A stretch of 63,188 nt of DNA, filler included. It is 5 parts of 5 records of this genome, joined end to end, with 100 filler letters (N's around TTAATTAATTAA, not from the genome) between each part and the next. Parts side by side here need not be neighbours in the genome. Positions count along the whole stretch, not along the records: positions 16,227 to 37,572 come from DRR378314_1403; 4 more parts are not named here. One strand, given 5' to 3'. A model generated the notes under the pieces. It ran no database searches. It had not been told where the DNA came from and saw nothing but the letters and a program-made list of their open reading frames with translations. Shown here one piece after another: positions 21,640 to 33,180 of the stretch. The position numbers and the translations under genes are program-made. Positions within the stretch are counted from its first letter, which is position 1. Each line of letters starts with the position of its first letter.

Positions 21640-23500
21640 CCTGCACGGTGCAACCACAACTGCGTGCTGCAAGAACACGGCGTCAGGAGTACGCAGTCCG
21701 CGTCCGCTCACCCAGAAATGCACACAGGTAAACACCTGCGCAACGTGTATATATCTCTTTGCCAACTACGAATTCAGGCGTCCAGACAAGAATAAAAAAA
21801 AAAAAAAAGCAACACAACAATGATGCGCAAGGCTTTAACTGCGGAACAAAAGGCCGAAGCATTCGGCCGGAGAGCTGTCGCGGGAACTGCAAGAAGCCCA
21901 AAACTGGCGGTGTCGTCAGACATTGTTCATCTATGGTCTCCAGCGCGGAGCGGCCCGCTCTGCTGCGGCCTCACAGAGGTGCAGGCAGGGAGCTGCGGCG
22001 TCGCGCGTTCTGCGCGCGCCTCCAAGGGCTCTGCGTCGACGCTGCACTGGCGCAACCGGCCCGCATTGGTCAAGAGCTATTTCGGCGGTCTTCTCCACGC
22101 GCGTGGCGAGCCCGGTTTCTCCCATTGCCCCGCGTCGTAAGGAGGATATGAAATACTGATCAAGATTTTCTGATTACAAATCCGCAGCGCAGAGTACTGT
22201 GAACAGCGGGCGCGCGCACAAAGCTTGTGCCAAGCAAGCTTTGCGCCCTTGCTCCACCAAGGCGCGAGGCGCGCTTGTGCCGCTTGCCGTGCGCTGACCT
22301 CTGCAGCGACAGGTGCCAACCTGCGCACATTGCTCGCGATTGGGCCCACGTCCCCCCGCCCGCTTCGCCTGGAGGACTCTTTCGAAATGGGCAACAAATT
22401 AGTCCGTACACGGTACGTCTTTGTGCATGCGAGCGCGTTTCCATCCTCGGTGAGCGCGCCAGAGCACCTCGGCGTTTCGAGCAAGCACGACTGCCTCGGC
22501 GCGTTCGCCCTCACACTACCCCCAGCGAACAGCGCGCGCCGGCAAGGCTAAGAACTGCCGCTCCGCGCCCACAGCCCCCCTCAGTGCTGGCATAATGTGT
22601 TGATTGCACTTTCAACGCAGCGATAGTGCAGAATCTGAGCAAGCGATAATATGTAGAACGTGCGGCACGGGGCATAAAACCCCTCGCGCATACCTGTGCC
22701 AAACACTCGCTCGCCACTGCGCCTACGAACAGCACGAACGGCGCACACGTACAGACGGACGCTGCTTTTGCCTGCAAAGCTCTGCGTCACGCTCCTCTCT
22801 CGCATGTGCATCGCGTTCACCTTGCCAATCTCACAGTGCCTCGGTTTTATATATATTTTTAAATGCGGGGCCACGTGTGCACAAGCGCGCGTGTTTCAAC
22901 TATTCCAGAAAGACGCGCTGCTAAACAGCTGTCCGTGCTCTCGCTGCCCAAGCGTGCACTCGTGGCGTTGCGTCAGCTTTCCCGCCTCTGCGCCAGTATA
23001 GCGCCAACAAGTATGCTGTTGTCGCCGTGTAGGTAGCCAGTCGTCAAGTCTACACAAGACATGCTGCCTCTTTTTGCCTCCCATACTATTCGCGCACTGG
23101 AAGATCGCCCTGTCTGCTCCGGGCCTGCCTCCAACCTCGTGGCCGTGTGTTCTCGCGGGCCGCTGGTGCAGGTCGCGCAGCGCACTCTCGAGGATCGAGT
23201 CTGCACCAGAGGATCTTCGTCATCCCTACAGGTACGCAGTTGATCGCCTACAAATGTCTATGTAAATGAATCTATCCCACAACATGTGTCAGATTGCTAG
23301 TTTCCGCACTTGCAGCGATATGCCTGCGCACTGCAGAGCATCTGTGCGCGTCGCAGCGAACAATCCGAGTGGAGACCGCAGGGAGCACCGCCAGCAAGCG
23401 CAGAGGCGTCCTGCCTACGGTTGCTCGTCTCGCACCGTGCTTCGGTGCCTGTGCTCTTACTGTTACGCGAATGCCCTAATTCCTACTCTGTAGAGACGAT

Positions 23501-26499
23501 ATGGAAAGCGGCAAGCCGCAGGCGGTATCTGGTGCGACAGCGCTCCCCATCCATGACCCAACGCGCGAGTTGCCGACACCGGCGCGTGAAGCGGGTGCCG
23601 CCCACCCGCGATCTGCTCCGCCGGCGCTCGTGGTGCCCAATGGCAGTCGAGACAGTGCGTCGACGTCATCATCTGTGGAGCGGCGTGCCCTTGCGCAACA
23701 CATATTCGGTCCAGACGAAAGTTCGGGCGCTGAAGTACATTTCCAGCTCGGTGAATGCATTGGCAGCGGCGCTTTCGGACGAGTCTACCTCGGGCTGAAC
23801 AGCGACACCGGCGAGCTGATGGCAGTGAAACGTGTGCATGTGACGGGCCTGATTAACGATCCGCGGCAGCGCGACAATGTCAACAATATTCGCGCGGAAG
23901 TTGCATTGTTTCGCAAATTACAACATAAACACATTGTGCGTTACATTGGTGTAACATGGGGTGAAGAAACATTTGATATACTGCTCGAGTACGTGCCCGG
24001 AGGTTCGATCGCCGGGCTGCTGAGTCGCTTCGGGCATTTCAACGAGACTCTAGCGCGCCAGTACACGCGCCAACTACTCGAGGGCGTCCAGTACTTGCAT
24101 GCTCATAATGTCGTGCATCGCGATATCAAGGGCGCAAATATTCTGGTCGATTCCACAGGAATGATCAAACTCGCGGATTTCGGCGCCGCAAAGTTTATCG
24201 ACGCCCTCGTTGGCGACGCCGAGGGTAGCGGCGCGGAGCCCGCAACCGACACCGATGGCGATACGGGCGACGCCGATGGGCCGGGCAAGCGCTTGAAACC
24301 AGTCATGAATCGGTGCGTACCACTATAAAATGTCTCTCATATCCCTTTTCCATTTTGAAATTTTGAGCGCTGTCCACAAACATGGCCCTTCGTGGTACGC
24401 GCGCGGAATTGCATGGAGTCGTAATCCTTTTCCCCCTCGCTTGCAGCAGCAGCCTTCTTCGAGGGCTCCTATCACAGCACAAACGATCCGCGGACGTTCT
24501 CACTACACATCGCGTGTGCCGCCGTGTGAGTGCCGGCACAATCGATTGGGTTTACTCGTGATGATGCAATGCGATGCGGTGCTCTTGGAAGAAAGGAGAG
24601 CGAATCATTCAGGCGCACATTTGCAGGCGGGGCGTTCCATCATAGATGCCCGCGCGTTGTGTTGTCCTTGCGGTGAGTGTCCAGCAGCATGCAGTGCTGT
24701 GTACATTCGCAAGTGCGCCCCTCGATCATGTGTAACGAGCCATGATACAAACAACGTTTGCGCCGGCATACAGGTCGATTCGTGGCAGTCCATACTGGAT
24801 GGCGCCCGAGGTGATTCGCCAGAGCGGGTTCTCGACAGCCGCAGATATTTGGAGTGTTGGCTGCGTCCTGATCGAGATGCTCCAGGTAAGCACAGCAAGG
24901 CGTGCGTTGTGACTGCTTCACTGGCCGAGCGGAGGCGAGATCTTCGCGCTTGCTTCACATCGTCCCATGGAGACTACGGCGAGCTGCACCGTATGTAACG
25001 CGCCGCTGACTGCAAAAATGCCCGTGTTTCCCTTGCGGACACGCAGGGAGCTCCTCCATGGAGCGACCTCAACAAAGTTACGGCCATGTACAAAATTGTG
25101 CGGTCGAAGCAGCCGCCTCCGTTTCCTGACGATATTTCAGATGACGCACAAGACTTTTTGCAACGGTACGCACGGGTGCATCACCGATGCCGCAGCTCGC
25201 ACTTCGTTCGAGGTATCCGCGCTCGAGCCACGCAGCACTGTACGCGCTGTTTGTTCGCCCGTTGCCACGCACGTTGCGACGGAGACCTCGCTCTTGCAGC
25301 GCTACCCGGTGCCACCTATCGAGGATACGCCAAGGTTACCCCGCAAGCGCATACACGCGGCGCGGGAGCGCCCCCGCCCCCCACGCCTCTGTGACGCAGC
25401 AAGCGGTCTGGACGCCGTGATTTGGTGTTCCAGGTGCTTTCGCTTTGAACCAAGCGAGCGTCCGACCGCCGAGGAGCTGCTCGCGCATCCTTTTGTCTCT
25501 GCGCTGCCGGCCGGGGGCCTAGCGGTATCGAGCTCTCCGTCTTCGCGATTCCAGTCGGCGGAAGAGCGACGACAGGATGACACTCTCGCGCGCATGTTTG
25601 GCGACGATCCGGGAACGGTATGCTGGCAATCGTTTCTCGCGCAGCGGTCCTTTCCCTGCATTGAGCTCGAAACGTGCTCCGAATCCGTCCTTGCGCGGAG
25701 AGCGAGTGTGGACAACGCACATACTTTCTCCCCTTGGGCGCACGAAAGGAAACAAAAATACGGTAGCCATCGCGGCATGCTGCCGACGTTGCATCACCTG
25801 TGCATGTTGCCGCCGGATGGGGTCAGTATGGCGGACCGCATGCAACGACATGATTTCCCCACGGAGCCCCTACGGTGCCCCCACTGCATGGCAGAGCGAA
25901 ACGCTGCACGCCCGTTGTGCCCTCCTCCTCTTGCCGCTCCGCGCGGCTCTCCCGCGGATAAAGGTCGCTCGTCCAGCGCGTCGCTGGTGATAAAGCACCG
26001 GTGACTTCATCCCAAATAGCCCTCCACAGCCGTTCTCGTCGCATATTCACCGTCGCCCGCGCCTGTTGGTGTATATTTCTGTGCGCACGCCGCCGTACAA
26101 CCAATGCAGGAAGCGGATGTGTTTGAGCACCGCGTGTTTTCCGCCGGCCGAGTGCTCCTGCAGCGCCGCTCTGCGGATAGCAGAACTTCGCACGAGTCCA
26201 TGGAGAATCGGAATGCGGCAAACGGGTCCGGACCCTGCTCACCGCTCCGTTCTTCGCAGCGCAGTCACAACAGTTCAGACGCGGAAAGTATTCCGCCCTC
26301 GCTCGATGCGTCGGATGCAATGGGGGCGATGGACGCCCGCGACTCGTCCCTTCAGCTGTCGCTATCGAGAAGTGGCGGGAACATGAGTGATAGTAGCGCG
26401 GCAGCTGCCACACGCACATCGCCTTCCACGCTTGCCCTAGCGCCTCTTCCCATGTCGCAATGGGAGGCAGTTCTGAGTCCTCGTTCGGCAGTAAAATAG
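23501..26499 (+). CDS. STE11/MEKK-type MAP kinase kinase kinase (NPK1/ANP-like), multi-exon, 5' end unresolved
   Basis: Exons ~23494-24312, 24774-24885, 25047-25165, 25434-25617, 26110-26499. Motifs [47 protein letters not shown]. An acceptor at 23493 and a donor at 23232 imply further upstream exons. Confidence 0.9.
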
Positions 26500-26875
26500 G
26501 TCAGAAGCTCTTCACGCGCGGGTGGGTTCCGACGCCCCGCGCCAGAGCAGACGTAGGGCATGCAGCGTGCACAGCAGTAGCATTCGGCGAAATACACGGT
26601 TTCGGCGCCCGCCAGCGTCATGTGCTTTTACACGCTCTATACAGTTCGCTGAAAAGGAACCGAGAATGGCGCAGCTCTGCGCCCGCGACTGCATGGGCAC
26701 TCCCGTGCAGCTGCTTTCGCTAGAGCGCAGATTGAGCGTGCCACACTGCGGAGGCGGGGCCAAGCTGCCCAGAACGAACAGCATACATTACACGGTAGCA
26801 AACCTGTATTTCAATCAACAGGGGAGATCGCACATGGTGCGGGAAAGCGCCGCAATACAGCGAATGCCCCGCCCA

Positions 26876-29800
26876 TTACAAGGAAATCGCGTACGAGTCC
26901 ATTGCGACGCGTCCACTGCGCGAGAGCATATCCATCACATACCCACAAGATACAACAGGCACGTTGCACCGTGCACTTACAGATCGAGCGATATCATGCG
27001 CATCGTCCGCACAAACTACGAGGCTACACTGCTCTACAGGTACATCGCGGACACTTCGGCGCGTTTTGACAACGTGTACCCGTCCTCCACCCGCCTCGAT
27101 AGCCGCGCGCACAACACTCAGCGCGCCTGCCTGAGCAGCCCCGAGCAGAGCAACTGCAAAAAGCAAGCACCCGTGCAACGTAAGTGAGGTGCTCAGACAG
27201 TAAGAACGAAACGCAATGCGCCAGCGTGGCCACATCAGTTCATCAGCAGAAAGTAGGTGCATCATATACCAGAGGCTCGGTAGAGAGGGTCCCGTAAGGG
27301 CACACGCCGCAAAAAATATAGAAGCGTAGGCAGAGCAGATTAGCGCGCGCAAGCAAGCATGTTCGCCGGTTAGGTGCCAAGACGTGGGAGCACGCCGAGC
27401 TCTGCGCCGCCCATCAACACCCGCCTTCGGCGCACCATCCTGATTCTCAAACGCTTTCTTCCCCGTCGTTTCCGCCTGTTGTCGCCAGTACTGACACGCG
27501 CCAGAAAGCAGTCGATCGTTTCCCAACTCTGCTTCGTTATCGACGTCACTGGGCTGAGTTCCCCATTCGTAGGCCTCTTCGTCTACCCACGAGCCCGCAG
27601 CGTCAGAGGCCTGCCTGCTCGCCCCCGAGGAGAAAGCATTTGCAACCAACGTGGATACGCATCAACAACCGCATCTGACCACACGATGGGTACCATGCCA
27701 TAAGAGCAGGTTGTATCGCATTTCCCGAGACAATCTCTCCCCCCCGCCCTGCCTCAATACCCTGCCTCGTCTAACCTCGCCACATCACGCAATGTGGAAA
27801 AGAAAGAAGAAGAAAAAAAGCACCTGATGCATGGCCAGCGCCACACGTCAAAGCAAATAATCATTCGCCCATACGCTCAGCCGCCACAACCAGTGCCCAC
27901 AAGCGTCAACTAGGGTCAACCAAGCCCAAGGTCGCACCCATGCAACCAGCCTACGCTATTCAGCAACAAACGATCGTGTATGTGTGTCGTGTTCTGCTAT
28001 GCAAGCACGTACAGATAGTCTTCGCGGAGAATCCACTTCCCAGCTGCGCAGGCGCACAGAAACTTTTCCGTGCGACGAAGCCAAGGCATCACGACGTGCG
28101 TGGACGCGCTGTCATACTCGTGCCGCTTTGTGCTGACCCGAGCACCGAGCTTCTCGATGATACGCGTATAGTCACGCCGCTGCTCCGTCGAGCCAGAAAT
28201 GACGAACAATCGGTGCTCGGAGGTGGTCCGTCGGCGGCGACGCCGGCTCGCAGAGGGAGGCGCTGCATGTACACAAAAGCAACGTGAATAGCACACAAAG
28301 CAACCACAAACAACAACAGTCTCAAAGTGGGCAAACTTCTCAGCATTAGCATGCAAAGACAACCATTCTCAGGCACGTAACCGTTCTCTTCCCTGTTGCC
28401 AACACGCGCACTTGTAGTGCATCAATCACCTACGAAGCAGCTCGCAAACGCGCGTCCGCAGGCACATTCCCAACGAATACGCGCAACAAGCACGTGGCGC
28501 AGGTCCCGACGCGCCCACCACTGCACGAAACACGCAGAAATTCCTACTTGCGCAAAGTTGAACGTTTCTTGCAGACATAGGGGTAGGCAATACAGCCCGC
28601 TCGTTCCGTCACCGCATTGACGCCACACCATGCACGCGTACCGTCCGTCCGCGTGGAGGCAGAGCGCTTCTTCGCCCCGCTTGCTACGACAGCACCGCGT
28701 GACGCTGGAACCGATCGCGAACGCGTGCGAAGACTCCGCGGCTCAGGTTGTGCGCCGCTGCTTTGTGCTGTTGCCAGAGTCGGATCTTCAGAGCGACAGG
28801 GACCGGCTGCTTCTCCATCCGCAGACTGGATCGTCCTGCGTATTCTCTGTGCCCCAGGAGCGGTGCCGTTGCCTCTACCTACGCTCCGCAACGGTTGCTT
28901 CGATGCTTGATTACGGGGATTTGTGCATGCGACGTCTCCTTCCTTGGGTGACGACCTTTCGGTGACTGATGGCGGTCCCTCTGCAGAGATATCATCGTGT
29001 GTGACAGTCTCAACTTTCTGAGCAGAAGTTGACGCAGCAGCACGTTTCCCCGCGCGGGACACCTGCTCGCCAACCTCACCCGCAGTGATCTTGGTCAATG
29101 TGCCGCTCAGATCGCTGGCGCCAGCTTCGCTTTCCGGAATGCAACCGCGCGACTCTCCTTGCTGAAAGGATCCTTGACCGCGCGTTGCGCTTGCATCGGG
29201 CAAAACATGCGACGGCGCCGGAGCAGCGTCAGAGGGCCCGGGCGTGAGCGGCACACTAGAGCCGCGAGGATGCTGCCCACCGTGCACATCATTACTAGCA
29301 TGCGGACAAGCGGTGGAACGTTCCCCTGTTCGACGCGAGGCACTGCGCTGTTCGCTCTGCACATTGCCCTCCGCACTCCCGTCGTGCTTGTCGAACGCCT
29401 CGCTGCAGCTCGCGCCGGAGAGTGCTCGCTCAACAGCATGCGCAGCTATTCCATACGAATACGGAACAGCATGAACATCTTGCGCACCGGCAGCTGTTTG
29501 TTCACGGTTGGCTTCCGTAGCAACGCGCGCATCGTCGGCCGCTGCGTCGGATGGCCTTTCCGAGGCACCCTGCGGACAGGCTCCACCAGTGATGCGGAAT
29601 TCTTGATCAGACACCATATCCCACGCCGTATAGCACGCGCCAACCCAGCTGGCATCGACAGCGCAAATCCCGCAAGATGCTGCCCGCGCTAACTTCTCCG
29701 ATCCATGCGCATCCCGCCCTACCACAAGATGCGTCACTCTCGACGTATCTAACGTTGTTACGAATGCGGCGCCAAGCATCTCGCACATCGCGCGCAGCTG

Positions 29801-31595
29801 CCGGCGCTCGCTGTGCGAAACACCAGTCGGGCACACACACACGCGAGCAAACGCAGCAGGTGGGGTGGCACTTTGTGCGGGATGAAATGCTGGTGAAGCG
29901 TCAGGCGCCAAAGCTTGTCCAGCGTGGAGACAGGCTTGCAGCCACATCAGGTTGACCACGGGAACATTGGCGCCACGGGCAGCGCGATACAGCCGCGAGC
30001 TACCGTAGTCGCACAACGCCAACGTTACTCCCGCGCCAATCCTGTACCGAACTCGGGCGCCCAGTGCCACTAGGGTCTCTGCCAGCTCTTTTCCCAGAGA
30101 CTCGTCTTGCGAAAGACAGATGACATGACCACGCAAAAGAGGCACAGCATCACAGCCTCGCGCAGCAGACGCGGCTGCCACGGCAGCGCTCGGCGTGAGC
30201 GCAATGTCGGCATCTTCTGCACCACCACTATCCGCCATGTTCCCCAAACGCCCGCTATTACCCGGTCGCTTCTCATCGGCACCGAACGTTTCTCGTTGAC
30301 CATTACGAGAACTATTTGGGCGAACAAGCGCACCGCCTTCGGACGGCTCTTCACCACTACGATCGCTTCCGGACATCGGCGCCTCTGTGCTGCTCCCGCT
30401 GGACGAGCTACGGCTCTCCGCGGGTGCGCGCGTGTCGCGCGCGCAATCCCGCCGATCAGCCAACATCCCGAGCGATGCTTCCGCACTGGCAATCTCCTCC
30501 TGTGTTTGCCGTGTCAAAGATTTGATCGGCGTTGCCCCAAAAGCTGGAGAGGGCTCAGCAGCGGGGCGCTGGGACTCGGCTGGCCCACCCGCCGTGTCAC
30601 TTTCGGCAGTTGCAGGACTAGGCCGAGCGCTTCCGACCGCACCAGTGGCCGCGGTATGGCTCCGTGCGGACGCTTCGCGCGCAGGTGCCGCGTCTCCGGC
30701 TCGAGCCTGGCTCGGATGATCCGCCTGAGCGGATACGCTATGCATAGCGTCTGTTTGCAGCACTTCGCCATTCTGAGGAGCGCTCGCGGGACCCGGCGCC
30801 GTACCCAGGGTGCCGCTCGCCAGGCTTTCGCCAGGCTCGTCCGCAAGCTCACCGACCGGGTAGTCCGCTTCGGACACGCGCATGCTATGCCGCCGGCACG
30901 CATCAATCCACCCACGGCTCACAACTGTAATGTACTGCCGTCTTTGTGGAACCGTGGCAAACGAGTACTTGTCGCCCTCTGGCCGATCGCACACCAAGTG
31001 GGTGCATGAAACGTCGAGCCGCTTCTGAAAGACGCCACCGTTGCAGCACACAAACTCTGCAATCTCCTCGCGCTCTTGCGGAACGATCTGCGACGTCGTC
31101 AGCACGACGCCAGACAGGAACTTGGACGGGTCCGCGCTGAACCCAATTTCAGGAAATCGTCTCCGAAATTGCCGACACCTGTACACCCAGGCAGGCTGCA
31201 TTGTGACAGCAGGAAAAGAATGCAAACAATGGCCACCAAGCGCGCAATGAATCGGCGCGAAAAGTGCACTCTATGCTTGTAGAAACACGGCAGCGAAATC
31301 ATCAAGGCCTCTCCCTCGCTTAGTCTCCCTCGCGACCTAGCCCACGCACCACACAAGCAACAGGCACCACAGAGCGGCGGCCCCCACCCCGAAAGGGCAC
31401 GCAAAAGCACGCAAAGCCCCCTGATGTCCTCTCTTCAATTCATTTTAGCCCGTGTGGAACAGAGGGGCTCACCTTGACAACAAATTGGCCAGGTAGGCGC
31501 GGGCCACAGCGTGTAGCGTCGGTAGCAACAATGTGCGTTGCCGCCTCCCGCGACGAAGTCACCGAAGCTCCGCACGACTCGCACACCCGAGCCAG
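26876..31595 (-). CDS. Six-BRCT DNA-damage scaffold protein (PTIP/Rtt107/TopBP1-related), 5' exon unresolved
   Basis: Exons 31595-31473, 31195-28642, 28262-28013, 27614-27436, 27153-26876 are phase-consistent. Repeated BRCT signatures (THLV/THIV/THVV, W..C) and RTEKFLCACAAGKWIL..DYL..S...G.WVDEEAYEWG. Confidence 0.85.
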
Positions 31596-33180
31596 CTGCG
31601 CAGGTGGCAGCACCGAAAGAGAAAGCCGCATTCGTAAGGGCCAGGCAACGCCCAAGTACATCAGACCATGGTGCGATGCAACTTATACATTGTAACTGAC
31701 ACACGGGAGCGCGCATAGCACAACGCCTGCCGCCCGAAGCGGCGCCAGCTGCGTGCGCGAACCCAACCGCTGGCCACTGCCGATCGGAAGCGAGCACACG
31801 CTTGCTCGCGCAAGGCGCGACAAAGCTCCCGCGCAACCATCTCCACCTCGGCAACAAGGTAGGCGAAACTACTATGCAATGGCAATCCAGAAAATAACAA
31901 TACAGTACTGAACAATCCTAAATATACGTGACAAGTGATCCACAGTCGCAAGCATCGACTCAGAGAAGTTGTTCGAAACGGAACTCGCAGGTTCGGAAGC
32001 GTTAGCAAACGACCCGGTCACGTATACAAGCGCGCAGCGTGAGCGCGCGCGCTTGCGAGCGCACCCTGCCAGTGTCCGCTGCGCTCACGGACTCGTCGAC
32101 GAACACCACTACATGCGCAAGAAGTTGCGCACGATCCATGAGCAGTACGTGTAATATGATGGGCTTACACAGCTAATGCGCGAATCTCATGGACGGGATA
32201 ACGGAGAGGCGGGGGGGGGCGCAGCAGAGCACGGTACGATGGAATGAGAGAAAGCGCACAAGGTTGGAGAGACTTCACAGAAGAGGAGAAACTGCGCAAA
32301 GTGCACGCACTGGATGCTGCTGCCAGGCTCGGCGTGTGCACGACACCGGCCCTTCTGATTGAGCGCCTACGAGCGCGGCGCCAAGCACGTCCGCGATGTG
32401 CGGATAGGTACTTCATTCGTAGTCAGCACATGCTGTTTCTGTCAGCTTGATATACCCGACGGCTACAAGTCACGAAATGTACGCCCTATTTCCTCAACCT
32501 TTCCTTGCCGCGTATTTTTGCGGATAGGGTTTCGCCAGCCTGTAGACCCAAACGAGAACTAGGAAGCCGAGAACCGCTGCGCGCGCTGCGCGTGCGTGGC
32601 TCACCCTCGTGCTTCTCTGCCTGGCTGTACGCCGCGAACGTGATAGCCCGTGGCTGGCCCGCTGCGCGCATGCGCCTCCGTTCACCACCTTACTTCTCTG
32701 ATATTTATGCTGATACGATCATAGAAAGGATTCGTTTAGCGCAATCGTGGAGTTCTTGCTTCCAAGGGCGGGAAGAAAGTGTCGTGCTTCCTCCGTCACG
32801 CACGCTCCAGGTGCTCCTCAGGTGCGCGCCAGGTCCAACGTCAGCGAGGACGGTCCAGAAGCACAAGGCTCGGCCTCGCACAAGGCCGACCGTGTGAAAT
32901 TTGCCGACCGTACCATTGCGCACGAATTGGGTCGTCTCATTGTCGATCCATCCGACCTGTGCGTGGTATCATTCTGGGAAAGTGCGGCTCAGCAAGACTG
33001 CCGTGCTGATCGGCGCAGCGCTTGTGTGTTGGCTGTGAGCGGCAGTCGACGCTCTTCCGTACCGCAGCCAAGCCGGTGGCGCTTACGCGCGCCGCAGCAA
33101 CATCTGTGCCCCCTGGTGTAGTTTGCTAAGGAATTCCCCATAGTTGAATCGAGTATCAGTACTGCTTCTGGCGTCGACTC

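Noticed and set aside
21820-22140. 106-aa ORF divergent from BUD23, after an A-rich leader
   Set aside because: It may be a 5' exon of the MAP3K, but no unique phase-consistent exon chain or homology could be established.
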